Assembly (NCBI GenBank): GCA_000165345.1
Contig: CM000435.1
Coordinates: 832,001-896,000 of the forward strand
Length of the DNA: 64,000 nt
Direction of reading: 5' to 3'
Position numbers and translations under genes: made by a program. Positions 1 to 9,789 of this stretch are shown piece by piece (positions within the stretch are counted from its first letter, which is position 1; each line of letters opens with the position of its first letter). The notes below the pieces were generated by a model. It did not search any database and was not told the DNA's origin. It saw only the letters and a program-made list of their open reading frames with translations.

Positions 1-631
1 ATGAAATATCTAGCTCTTTCAAATTGATACAACATTGAATTACATCTTCAAAAGTTGAAATAGTTATATTTCTACAGAAAGAAATATTCAATGATTCTAA
101 ATCTCTTGTTCGTTTTATTATGCTTTGCAAATCAATTATTTGGGAGCAACCTTGAATATTTAATACTTTTAAATTAGTCATACATGATCCAGTTGGCGAG
201 AAGAATTCTGTGTTAAAAGCAGAATCAGTTACCAACTTGCATCCACAAATATTTAGCTCTCTTAATTTTTTGCAATTGGAAATTATGCACTTTATTACTC
301 TATTATTTACTTGGTAACAATTACTTAAATCAACAATCTCTAAGTTTGGGCTATTAAAAAAGAAATAGTTGAATGAGCTGGCTTTTACCCCATTGCAGAA
401 TGGAACTTTAAGTGTTTTTCTGTTTGGACCACTTATTCCATATAAAAATGATTCTGTAATTTTTATTCCAACATTTTTTAATAATAAATAAAGTTTACAA
501 ATATAATCATCTGAGCATTCTCGAATATCTGATGTTACCAGCTTTCCTTTTTTAAAAGGCAGGTTTTGAATATCAATACCTGGAGGAATGTTACCACTTA
601 TTATTCCATAATGTTCAATTTGTTGTGTCAT
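1..631 (-). CDS. Leucine-rich-repeat protein (cysteine-containing LRR, F-box/LRR-like), partial; its 3' end runs off the window start
   Basis: Not in the ORF track because there is no in-window stop. Manual minus-strand translation from ATG at 631..629 is open for about 210 codons to position 1: MTQQIEHYGIISGNIPPG...NLEIVDLSNCYQVNNRVIKCIISNCKKLRELNICGCKLVTDSAFN...LKVLNIQGCSQIIDLQSI...LESLNISFCRNITISTFEDVIQCCINLKELDIS. The ~25-residue repeats with LxxLNIxGCxxITD are typical of CC-type LRRs. An in-frame stop lies 25 codons upstream of the ATG. Confidence 0.6.
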   Translation of the reverse strand, partial: MTQQIEHYGIISGNIPPGIDIQNLPFKKGKLVTSDIRECSDDYICKLYLLLKNVGIKITESFLYGISGPNRKTLKVPFCNGVKASSFNYFFFNSPNLEIVDLSNCYQVNNRVIKCIISNCKKLRELNICGCKLVTDSAFNTEFFSPTGSCMTNLKVLNIQGCSQIIDLQSIIKRTRDLESLNISFCRNITISTFEDVIQCCINLKELDIS

Positions 632-969
632 TAAATAAACGAATAATAATGTTTTGCGGTATCTAGGGGTATTGCATATTCTTTCTTCACAGAAAAATGA
701 GTAAATTTTTAATCATTCAAAAATGAAAAAAAGTTATATTCTAAATGAATTACAAAGATAATGAAAATAACTAAATTGGTCAAGATTTTAAAATTATGTT
801 TGGTTCTAACATCAGGTGCTACAAAATGTGTGAGGTACTATAAATAATTGCATTTTGTCTTTATAAAAATTTTCTTGAATTTCTTTAATGCAAGTAAATA
901 TTAAATTGATTACTCAAAATTAATAAACTTTTATAAATGAGTAAAAAATGATTTATTTTTTATATTTAA

Positions 970-3900
970 TTATGCAGTTTGCAAATGTAGACGCGGATAA
1001 ATTGACATTGCCATTAACTCTTGGAGTAGTAGTTTACAAGCATAAGGAAGACAAATTTGACTAATCCGAGACTTATTGTTGCATGCATTACACTCGAAAT
1101 GCTGTTTACCTAGATCTGCAATACAAATAAGCCCACACATTTCGCAAACATGTACTCTATAAGCATCGCATTGGTCAAATAGTCGTTCTTTCAACATTTT
1201 CGCTGCGCCATGAGATATCATACAGTCACGCTCCATTTCTCCAAATCTAAGCCCTCCTTCCCTTGCTCTTCCTTCTCTTGGTTGTCTGGTTAGCATTGTG
1301 ACTGCTCCTCTAGCTCTAGCATGAATTTTATCGTCAACCATATGTTTTAGTCTCTGATAGTAAGTTGGCCCAATAAAGATTCTCGACTCCAATCTCTTTC
1401 CCGTATGGCCATTGTACATTACTTCATTTCCATTTTTCTGAAACCCGGAACTATGTAAACGGCTAGATATCTCTTCAACTGTAATTTTCGTAAAAGGAGT
1501 TGCATCACCCTCCAATCCTTGAATTGCGCACGCTTTGCCAAGCAGACATTCAATTAAATGGCCAATTGTCATACGCGAAGGAATAGCATGAGGATTCATA
1601 ATAATGTCTGGAATAATCCCATCTTGTGTAAATGGCATATCCTCAGTTCTGTATGTTATGCCGATTGTACCCTTTTGGCCATGTCTAGATGCAAACTTAT
1701 CTCCAACATGAGGTATTCTTATCGTCCTGACTTTAACTTTAGCAAATTTAACACCTTTGCTATTTGTGCTTAGTAATACTTCGTCGACGACACCATGCTC
1801 GGATGTTCTAATTCCAACTGAGCAGTCTCTTTTTGTAAGTTTCTGAATACGAGTGTCACGATCTTCTGGGTTTATCGGTCCAACCTTCCCAATTATAATA
1901 TCATCACCCAATACTCGATTTCCTGGTTCAATTAAGCCATCAAGGTCTAAATTTCCGTAATTCCCAAACCTTAGTCCACTCACTTCTTCAGGGTTTGGAA
2001 GCTCAAATGCTTCAATTAAATTGCTTCCAACCTGTTTCTCTTCCGAGACATATGTTCTAAAAAATACAGATCTGAAAAGTCCTCTATCTATAGAAGATTG
2101 ATTCATTATTAAACTATCCTCTTGATTATAGCCTGAATAACACATAATTCCAACAATGCAATTAATTCCAGCAGGTAATTCACGGAATCTCATGTATGTC
2201 ATAGCGCGTGTTGTAACTAGAGGTTTTTGTGGGTAATAAAGAACATATCCCAAAGTATCCATTCTTACATTATAATTACTTGTATACACTCCCATAGCTT
2301 GCTTACCCATAGCACTTTGGTAAACATTTCTTGGACTTTGATTATGATCAGGAAATGGAATGATGCTTGCGCAAACACCTAAAATGAGAGATGGATGGAT
2401 TTCGCAATGGGTGTAGGTACTGCAATAACCTCTGTCAATTCTTAAATCGTTTATAAACATTGCAATCATAGATGTTTCCTCTTCTTCACAGTCGATGTAT
2501 TCAATAATTCCTGTATTTACAAGGTCATCCCATGTATAATCATGTTTCTCATCCTCCATTTTTTCATCAAAACTTGGATTTTCATTTAGTAACGAGTTAA
2601 TGTGTGACTTTTTTATTTTTAAGTCCCCATCTTCGCCAACAATATAAAGAGGGCGCATAGAACGCCCTGAATCTGTAAATAGCTTAACTTCTCTGTTCAC
2701 GACGTCTAATACTATGGAAGTCTCATACGGTATTTCGCCACTTCTTCTAATCATTCTTAAATTTGATATTGAATCCTCTGAGTCGTCAAAACAGCCTACC
2801 CAGTTTCCATTCAGGAATACTTTAATTTTTCGTTTTATTCCTTCAGGAGGAATTTCATCAATAGAATCCATGCCCCATTCATCCAGAAATGTTCTGATTG
2901 CATACGGTCTATATCCAACTGAAATTTCACACATTAGTGCCAAATTCTTTACAAGACCTACAGAGTGTCCTTCTGGAGTTTCTGCAGGGCAAATCATACC
3001 CCAATGAGTATTATGAAGCTGCCTAGGTTTTGCAAATTTACCCTCACGTCCTAATGGAGTATTCAAACGTCTTAAATAAGAAAGTGCAGACGTAAAAGTA
3101 AGTCGACTTAATACTTGGGAGACCCCTGTTCTGATTATTTTACCGTCTTTGTCCTTTCCCCAATTTCCAGTGGCAAATTGATACTGAATAGTTTGTGTAA
3201 TATATGATGCAGAGCGGATTACGCCTGCAACATCAAACTCTTTTCCATTGTCAATATTTCTTTGAAGGAGCCTACGAACATCTTTCATCATTTTCCTAAA
3301 GCATTGTCCAAAGGAGGCAGCAACCAAGGGTCCTGCCAAATCCAAACGCTTTTTCCCAAAATGATCACGATCATCCTCTGGAACACGCCCTAATGCTCCT
3401 AAACACAACTTATGGACCATGTACCCAATGAAATATGCCTTACGTGATTCGCTACCGCTTGTAACGCCAACATGAGGAAGAAGCTCTTTTTCAAAAAGTT
3501 CTTTCGCATACTGGATGCGCTTTTCTCTGGCAGCACCAACAGTGGGTCCTCTTTTACCGATAAAATCTAAGCAAACGTCTTGGCTAAAAAATTCAAATGT
3601 CTCTTCCAATGAAGGTCTCAATAATGCAAGCATTTGAGTATCATTAAAGTCATAAACGCACCTAGAAAGGATATCCTTATCTGACAAAACTCCAAGGGCT
3701 CTAAATAATATAGCAATAGGGATATCTGTTCTGATATATGGTAATGTTGCCACAATTTGGCCTTGGTTGCCATCAGACCCTCTAAGTTTCACAGAAAATC
3801 CAGAAGTAGCTTGCATACCCTCCCTATTGCTTCTTATTTCAGCAATCCATGTGTATTTTGAAGGTTGATTTTTCTGAAATAAGTATACAAAGTTATTTGC

Positions 3901-4518
3901 CATTCTTTCTTGCCCAACCAATACTTTCTCCATGCCATTGATAATAAAGTATCCGCCTTGATCATACACACATTCTCCTGCGCTTTGAAGTTCTCTCTCA
4001 CTAATATTATGAGTCCAACAGTATTCTGAGCGAAGCATTATTGGGATCTTTGCAAGCGGTAACCTAGAGTAGACCGTCTCATAAACTAAAGTTTCAGAAC
4101 CATCGTCTTCTAATTTGTAAACTTTTTGTTCTGCATCAACAAATACGGGGCTAGAATATGTTAAGTTTCTAAGACGTGCTTCATTAGGCCACAACCCTCT
4201 AGCTACTCCTTCTCTCTCCTCAACTGATGGTCTACTTAAAGAAAGTTGTCCAAATTTAAGGACATATCGTACCTTTGTATCAATTTGTTCATCTGGCCTA
4301 TATTGTGATTGAGGAGTAATAATGATAGGTGGATGTTCGTCAACAATTTCTTGTAACTTGTACATGATAAAGTCATTAAAGCTTTCTAACTGTTGGTTTA
4401 CTAATCCTCTATCACGGAAATATGTACCAATCAGTGCCCAAGAATCCTCCTGTTGAATTTCATCATTTTTTTGTTCTGAAACCATTTTGAGTATGTTTTG
4501 CATACTAATATTATGCAA
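970..4518 (-). CDS. RPB2: DNA-directed RNA polymerase II second-largest subunit (RPB2)
   Basis: The 1182-aa ORF is collinear with yeast Rpb2 as I recall it: EDSWALIGTYFRDRGLVNQQLESFNDF, GYFIINGMEKVLVGQER, LPYIRTDIPIAILFRALG, DDRDHFGKKRLDLAGPL, LSRLTFTSALSYLRRLNTP, HNTHWGMICPAETPEGHSVGLVKNLALM, GDKFASRHGQKGTIGI, GLRFGEMERDCMISHGAA, and the C-terminal Zn ribbon CEMCGL...ECNACNNKSRISQICLPYACKLLLQELMAMSIYPRL. Confidence 0.95.
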   Translation of the reverse strand: MHNISMQNILKMVSEQKNDEIQQEDSWALIGTYFRDRGLVNQQLESFNDFIMYKLQEIVDEHPPIIITPQSQYRPDEQIDTKVRYVLKFGQLSLSRPSVEEREGVARGLWPNEARLRNLTYSSPVFVDAEQKVYKLEDDGSETLVYETVYSRLPLAKIPIMLRSEYCWTHNISERELQSAGECVYDQGGYFIINGMEKVLVGQERMANNFVYLFQKNQPSKYTWIAEIRSNREGMQATSGFSVKLRGSDGNQGQIVATLPYIRTDIPIAILFRALGVLSDKDILSRCVYDFNDTQMLALLRPSLEETFEFFSQDVCLDFIGKRGPTVGAAREKRIQYAKELFEKELLPHVGVTSGSESRKAYFIGYMVHKLCLGALGRVPEDDRDHFGKKRLDLAGPLVAASFGQCFRKMMKDVRRLLQRNIDNGKEFDVAGVIRSASYITQTIQYQFATGNWGKDKDGKIIRTGVSQVLSRLTFTSALSYLRRLNTPLGREGKFAKPRQLHNTHWGMICPAETPEGHSVGLVKNLALMCEISVGYRPYAIRTFLDEWGMDSIDEIPPEGIKRKIKVFLNGNWVGCFDDSEDSISNLRMIRRSGEIPYETSIVLDVVNREVKLFTDSGRSMRPLYIVGEDGDLKIKKSHINSLLNENPSFDEKMEDEKHDYTWDDLVNTGIIEYIDCEEEETSMIAMFINDLRIDRGYCSTYTHCEIHPSLILGVCASIIPFPDHNQSPRNVYQSAMGKQAMGVYTSNYNVRMDTLGYVLYYPQKPLVTTRAMTYMRFRELPAGINCIVGIMCYSGYNQEDSLIMNQSSIDRGLFRSVFFRTYVSEEKQVGSNLIEAFELPNPEEVSGLRFGNYGNLDLDGLIEPGNRVLGDDIIIGKVGPINPEDRDTRIQKLTKRDCSVGIRTSEHGVVDEVLLSTNSKGVKFAKVKVRTIRIPHVGDKFASRHGQKGTIGITYRTEDMPFTQDGIIPDIIMNPHAIPSRMTIGHLIECLLGKACAIQGLEGDATPFTKITVEEISSRLHSSGFQKNGNEVMYNGHTGKRLESRIFIGPTYYQRLKHMVDDKIHARARGAVTMLTRQPREGRAREGGLRFGEMERDCMISHGAAKMLKERLFDQCDAYRVHVCEMCGLICIADLGKQHFECNACNNKSRISQICLPYACKLLLQELMAMSIYPRLHLQTA

Positions 4519-4635
4519 AACTTTGTGTTCAGTAACTCCACAGCAGTAAAATACGTTATTAAATTGTGAAATTCAGTTATAATTTTAATTTCCAATTACT
4601 TCGTTCGTCATTTAATGCGCAATGACTTTAATAAA

Positions 4636-4644
4636 TAGCGCCAA
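4636..4644. promoter_or_regulatory. E2F-like GC box (TTGGCGCTA on the minus strand) in the divergent RPB2 / polyprenyl-synthase intergenic region
   Basis: TAGCGCCAA lies about 115 bp upstream of the RPB2 ATG (4518). It is one of very few GC-rich hexamers in an otherwise AT-rich spacer and resembles the E2F-type [C/G]GCGC motifs reported upstream of Cryptosporidium genes. Confidence 0.3.
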
Positions 4645-4946
4645 CTACTTGTAATTCAATTATCCTGAATACCGATATTTTATGCAAGTTTATTCCTGAA
4701 AAGTATATTTTTTTTAGTATTAAAATCTTCTTTTTTTTATGGAACACTAAAATTTCCTTTGATCTATTTGTGCTTTTTAAAATAATTGTTAGCTTAAACT
4801 CTAAATTAATATAAAAATCACATGATCACTAATTTTTTGTATGCGATCAATTAATCAAATGCTATCGATTGCTTTTCAAGTTCTAATGCTCAACATGATC
4901 TTTGATAATCTCATGAATTATATTATATAAGAGTCAACACCAAAAT

Positions 4947-6347
4947 ATGTATAAATATATAAAGAACAATGAATTAAAAAAAAGTTTGAATTTATTCAAA
5001 AGATCAATAACAATTACCAAAAATCAACTAGTAAAAGAGTTTTTAGTTGATTTGGATGATAGTTGTATTCGAAGCGAAATTTTTTACCCAATAAGAAATC
5101 TATACCATCCACCCATTGATTTTATAAATAAAAATAACCCATCAGATGCATTATTTCTAAAAAAAAAGAAAATTAATAATTGGAACGAGTTAAATAACCA
5201 AGAATGGAGTAAAATATTGCAAAATTCAACTAAATGCTTTAGAGATAATATTGCTAATTACATTGTTAATGATGATCAAAATGAGTTTATGTTGAATGAG
5301 AACAACGCACAAAGAGATCTCCTCCAATCTCAACTTTTAGAATTTATTCCAAATGAAATGAAAGATATTGTTAAATATGTTTTTCAGTCGGAAGGAAAAC
5401 TAACTAGACAAAATTATTTATCTGCTTTAGTTGGATTACTTAAATTTGCAATTGGCGTTAATCATTCACAACCAATTGGCTTGGATCACCGTATGCTTAT
5501 TCATTCAATTCAATTAATTCATTCTGCCTCGCTTCTTCATGACGACATACTTGATAATTCAGAAATAAGGAGAGGAAAAAAAGCTCCATACAAAATATTT
5601 GGTAATAAAAAAACGATACTGCTAGGCGATTATTTATTTTCCAAATCATGTCTTAACATCTCCATAATAGAAAACATTAATGCAATGAAATGTATATCTA
5701 TTATAGCAGAGAATTTAGTAAAGGGTGAATTCTCCCAGTTGAATGGATTAGGAAGCTTAATTGAAGGTTTGAATAACTCGAAAGACAAGAAAGGTTTGGT
5801 CGGAAATTATTTTGAAAAATATTTATTAAAATCCTACTATAAAACTGCATCTCTCTTTTCATTTGGAGGAATAGCATGCTCAGAATTATTAAAAAAGGCC
5901 TATGGAAACAAATTGCGAATGGAAATGATTATTTATTCATATTACATGGGGTTAAATTTTGGGCTTGCATTTCAACTTATGGATGATATCCTAGACTTTA
6001 CGAATTCTATATCACAAGTGAATTCTGGAAAGCCATTTTTTAATGACATCAAGCAAGGTATATTAACCATTCCAATTTATTTTTTACTTCTTAGGGACCA
6101 AGAAAGAGCAACAAAAATATTAGTCAATACAAATTTCTATAATAGCGATAAGGCTGAAATTTTAAAAGATCTTGTTAATATATTGTTTGATACAAACTCA
6201 ATTCAAGCTAGTATTGTGTGCGTTGCACAATACCTGGAAAGGTATATCCACTTTATTAATTTAATTTCGAAGTCTGAAAGAAATGTTTTTTCTTCATTTT
6301 TAGTTAAAATGGCGGATAAGCTATTAAAAATTATCGACGACATTTAA
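4947..6347 (+). CDS. Trans-polyprenyl diphosphate synthase (long-chain, Coq1/solanesyl-PP-synthase-like)
   Basis: 466 aa. First Asp-rich motif LLHDDILDNSEIRRGKKAPYKIFG (DDxxD + RRG), second motif FQLMDDILDF, and a GKPFFNDIKQG-type lysine region. An N-terminal extension of about 150 aa precedes the catalytic core. Confidence 0.85.
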   Translation: MYKYIKNNELKKSLNLFKRSITITKNQLVKEFLVDLDDSCIRSEIFYPIRNLYHPPIDFINKNNPSDALFLKKKKINNWNELNNQEWSKILQNSTKCFRDNIANYIVNDDQNEFMLNENNAQRDLLQSQLLEFIPNEMKDIVKYVFQSEGKLTRQNYLSALVGLLKFAIGVNHSQPIGLDHRMLIHSIQLIHSASLLHDDILDNSEIRRGKKAPYKIFGNKKTILLGDYLFSKSCLNISIIENINAMKCISIIAENLVKGEFSQLNGLGSLIEGLNNSKDKKGLVGNYFEKYLLKSYYKTASLFSFGGIACSELLKKAYGNKLRMEMIIYSYYMGLNFGLAFQLMDDILDFTNSISQVNSGKPFFNDIKQGILTIPIYFLLLRDQERATKILVNTNFYNSDKAEILKDLVNILFDTNSIQASIVCVAQYLERYIHFINLISKSERNVFSSFLVKMADKLLKIIDDI

Positions 6348-6350
6348 TAC

Positions 6351-7034
6351 CTAATTATAATAAAAACCTACACTAACACTTTTTAACGAAAACCCTGCAT
6401 TCCCCTCTACATGAAGAACAATAAATCCATCTTGTAGTGCTTGTTTACAATTTCTAATATCGTCATCAATGAATAGAATTTGATTTGGCAAAAGTTTATC
6501 TGCAGATGCAACTTGCAATAAGTGATATTTCTTAAAGAGCGGCATTGGGGCATCCAATCCTATTGAGGAATAAAGATCTTGGCTTTGCCATATCTTTGGA
6601 TAAAAGCAATAGTAATTCTTTACTTTAAACTTGGCACCACTTTCTTTTAAACAATGCTCAATCATTCTTCTTCCAGAAATAAATCTTTCTCTTTGATTTG
6701 AAGGAATCAGCAATGGGTCAGAAAACGTTACTACACTTATTGATATATTTACATTTTCTGCCTGCATTCCAAAAACATTGAATTCCTTAGATAGGCTTTT
6801 AGAAAATATAATCCCATCATTATCCAATGGATCAATATATCCGCCTGAATGTTTTGTCATCATTGTCAGATCAAAATCTGAAGCAATCGTTCGAATTCCT
6901 AAATCGTTGTAGATATAATGATTAAACCGATTAAAAATATCTTTTATGGAGTGATTTTGCTTCGAATCATAGTTATTTGAGTCCTTGAATGACAAAAACC
7001 AATCATGAAATTTTTTTTGGTGTGAAGTAAGCAT
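6351..7034 (-). CDS. HAD-superfamily hydrolase/phosphatase (putative)
   Basis: 227 aa. Motif I IASDFDLTMM (DxDxT) lies near residue 50 and an LFIDDDIRN DD motif near the C-terminus, the order expected for a HAD fold. Its stop is 3 bp from the convergent polyprenyl-synthase stop. Confidence 0.5.
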   Translation of the reverse strand: MLTSHQKKFHDWFLSFKDSNNYDSKQNHSIKDIFNRFNHYIYNDLGIRTIASDFDLTMMTKHSGGYIDPLDNDGIIFSKSLSKEFNVFGMQAENVNISISVVTFSDPLLIPSNQRERFISGRRMIEHCLKESGAKFKVKNYYCFYPKIWQSQDLYSSIGLDAPMPLFKKYHLLQVASADKLLPNQILFIDDDIRNCKQALQDGFIVLHVEGNAGFSLKSVSVGFYYN

Positions 7035-7161
7035 TGAGAATTTTTTTTTAATTATTGAGGGGTTTAAAAATTTAAAGCAATTATATATAATATTAAAATT
7101 TTTTAACTATTTAAAAAATCACAAAAATTAGTCTATAATACTGTAAACCCATGTATTTGGT

Positions 7162-9546
7162 ATGAGTAGTTTTATTTCATACGAAGAAAGTGGAATTGAT
7201 GCATCAATTTTGCTCAATTCTAATAACTTTTCAAGCGTTAAATATGGGTTTAATACTTCCAAATTGGAGATACAAAACTCTTTGATTTCATGTAAAAAAG
7301 AGCTGCTTTCGATGAAAAACGAAGTATTGATCAACCTTTCCAATAGATTAAAATGCTTTTCAACTAAAGTTGAGAATTTGCCATCGATAATTAAAGAAAA
7401 AAAGGCAACCAAGCTTAAATTGAAAAATGCAATTCATATAGTTAATAATATCATCTCTCTGAGAAAATGCGATCAAGACTTTATATCATCCATGAGCCGC
7501 AAAGATTATGAACTTTGTGCAACATGTATTTCTGAATATTTAAAAATTAAATCTTCATGTATTAATTTTGAGAAAAAAATTTGCGAGAACTTAGATCACG
7601 GAAGGCAGGAACTCTATTTGCAGCTTCAAGAATCAATTGAAGAGAAGCTATGTGCTGGGGAGCTCGATAAGGCCATTTACTATGTGAAGTTATTTGTGCC
7701 TATGGGAATGCCTGAGGAGGGACTTGAAAGATACGTTAAATATATCAGAGGCAATATTACAGATATTTGCGTATCAATGTATAACGAAGCCTTAGCAAAT
7801 TCTAAAAAAACATCTGAAAAAGTCAACTATGCGGATATTTTTACAGGATTATTCGTATCAATAATTGATTGTATTAAAGAACACCAGAACAAAATTTTGG
7901 ATCTTTTTGTTACTATAGGCGATGATGAAAACCTAGATGAAAAAGTTTGCAGCCAAGCATTAGACAAAAATTATGTGATTTGGTATTTTTATACAGAACT
8001 GTTAAGAGAAGTAAATACTCAGGGATCTATAATAATAGACAAGTTTGAAAAGGAATATGAGATTTATTTGGATGATAAGTGGTCTAATATAGAGAATGTT
8101 GACATTATTGAAATGCATATTTCACATCGTGAACTGGATGGGTTTTTAGAAGAAATGTCACAAATTTGTCATTTGTTTTATAAATTTAAAGTTTATATGA
8201 ATGATCTAGTCAACTCATTTACAAGTATTAATTCTCAAACAAAAAATATTAAGAGACCCGAGATTAAAGTTGAAAATGAACAAATTCCAAAAGAAAATAA
8301 TCTTTTTATCAGGATTGATGAAATGAGCATTCAATATGTATCATGTGAATATGGATATGTTATGTATTCTATTAATCATGCTCTTAATACAACTGACGAA
8401 GTTTCTTGGGAAGATCAAGATTCGTTGATTTCAACATTGGTTGAAGACGTATTTTTCTTACTACATAAAACAATTAACAGATGTATCTCAATCGGAAATA
8501 TTAAATCTCTCAAGCTGATAATCGTTCATCTAAATCATATTTTGTTAAATGTGATTAAGCAAAAAATAGTTCAAAACCTTCAAAATTCGAGAGCAAATTA
8601 TGAAGTTTCTCTAGGGAATAGCAATGAAAGTATTTCAAACTTTACGTTAATTCATTTATTAGAAATAATAAAACAGAAAAATGAAAATTGCCGAAATTTA
8701 TCAAATTCTATGTATTCATGGACTCATTCTCTAAATAATTTGCAAGCTTGCATAGAGAACTTAGAAATACTTTCTGGAGCCATTACAAGAGATTTTGAAT
8801 CTAGCTATAGCGACCTAATATATTTCGATATCTGCATAAATGGGATTATCCTATTGGATGATGAATTCAATGAGAGTAACGAATTATTAGAAGATAAAAA
8901 CGCTACAATCGAGTACATCAATAAAACTATAGAGCAAATAATTTCTGAATTTAAGGTAATTCACGATCACTATTCAAAGATATCACTACAAATCCTAAGC
9001 AAAATTGGTATTTCTCCAATATTAATCCAGCTACACGAGGAGATATCATTTGACTTTACTGAAGATGAGAGCAAAGATTATTCATTAAACCAATCTTTTA
9101 TACCATCATTGACATCTTCTCTTAAAGTAATAAATGAACATTTGAAAAATTACTACAACAATCAAAGTTCGGAATTCATTCTTTCTCTTATGATCGAAAG
9201 AATTGTGCAAAAGATTGAGCACATAGTAATTAACTATCCTGAAAAGAAAAGGTTCACAATTTATGGCGCCCTTGTATTTGAAAATGATGTCCGTAATTTA
9301 CTATCATATACAAACTCCCTTCTATCTATAAGTATTCGACATAAGTTCTTAAGGCTACTGGAAATTTGTGATATTTTAAATATAACATCTCTTGATGAAC
9401 TTTCTGATTTATTACTAACTGATTTCCCCAGTCGAAATTGGCATCTGGCAAAATCAGATATTTTGAAAACCTTGTTTCTAAAACAAGACATTGATCATGA
9501 TAAACTTAAGGAAATAATTAAGAAATCTAGTCATTTCTTTAATTAA
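7162..9546 (+). CDS. COG4: Conserved oligomeric Golgi complex subunit 4 (COG4)-like protein
   Basis: 794 aa, near the COG4 length. ELDKAIYYVKLFVPMGMPEEGLERYVKYI resembles the COG4 segment I remember (…[22 protein letters not shown]…), and DVFFLLHKTINRCISIGNI resembles DDVFYIVKKCIGRAL. Similarity was judged by eye only. Confidence 0.55.
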   Translation: MSSFISYEESGIDASILLNSNNFSSVKYGFNTSKLEIQNSLISCKKELLSMKNEVLINLSNRLKCFSTKVENLPSIIKEKKATKLKLKNAIHIVNNIISLRKCDQDFISSMSRKDYELCATCISEYLKIKSSCINFEKKICENLDHGRQELYLQLQESIEEKLCAGELDKAIYYVKLFVPMGMPEEGLERYVKYIRGNITDICVSMYNEALANSKKTSEKVNYADIFTGLFVSIIDCIKEHQNKILDLFVTIGDDENLDEKVCSQALDKNYVIWYFYTELLREVNTQGSIIIDKFEKEYEIYLDDKWSNIENVDIIEMHISHRELDGFLEEMSQICHLFYKFKVYMNDLVNSFTSINSQTKNIKRPEIKVENEQIPKENNLFIRIDEMSIQYVSCEYGYVMYSINHALNTTDEVSWEDQDSLISTLVEDVFFLLHKTINRCISIGNIKSLKLIIVHLNHILLNVIKQKIVQNLQNSRANYEVSLGNSNESISNFTLIHLLEIIKQKNENCRNLSNSMYSWTHSLNNLQACIENLEILSGAITRDFESSYSDLIYFDICINGIILLDDEFNESNELLEDKNATIEYINKTIEQIISEFKVIHDHYSKISLQILSKIGISPILIQLHEEISFDFTEDESKDYSLNQSFIPSLTSSLKVINEHLKNYYNNQSSEFILSLMIERIVQKIEHIVINYPEKKRFTIYGALVFENDVRNLLSYTNSLLSISIRHKFLRLLEICDILNITSLDELSDLLLTDFPSRNWHLAKSDILKTLFLKQDIDHDKLKEIIKKSSHFFN

Positions 9547-9789
9547 TGAAACTTAACAAATTTCACAAAAATCTAATGCTAAACTTTTAATAATTTTCGT
9601 TAATTTTGTTCAAATAGTAGAATTATTAGATTTTTTCCCCATGCAAATTATGTGCGCTTTTAACACTAAAACGAGTTGGAATCTATCATGTAAATTTATG
9701 ACTAATGCCAATTATGGGGAGAGGAGATTAATTTTCTAGAATTTTCAAGCTGGTTTTTTCTTAAGTACTATTGCAATAAACTGTTAGCC

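Noticed and set aside
1558-3007. Small plus-strand ORFs (1558-1773, 2714-3007) inside the RPB2 gene, plus many similar 60-130-aa ORFs antisense to large genes (e.g. 14732-14965, 17628-17825, 38480-38914, 45971-46315, 51993-52373, 53535-53804)
   Set aside because: They are shadow ORFs lying entirely within, and antisense to, long well-supported CDSs. They show no motifs and have arbitrary starts.
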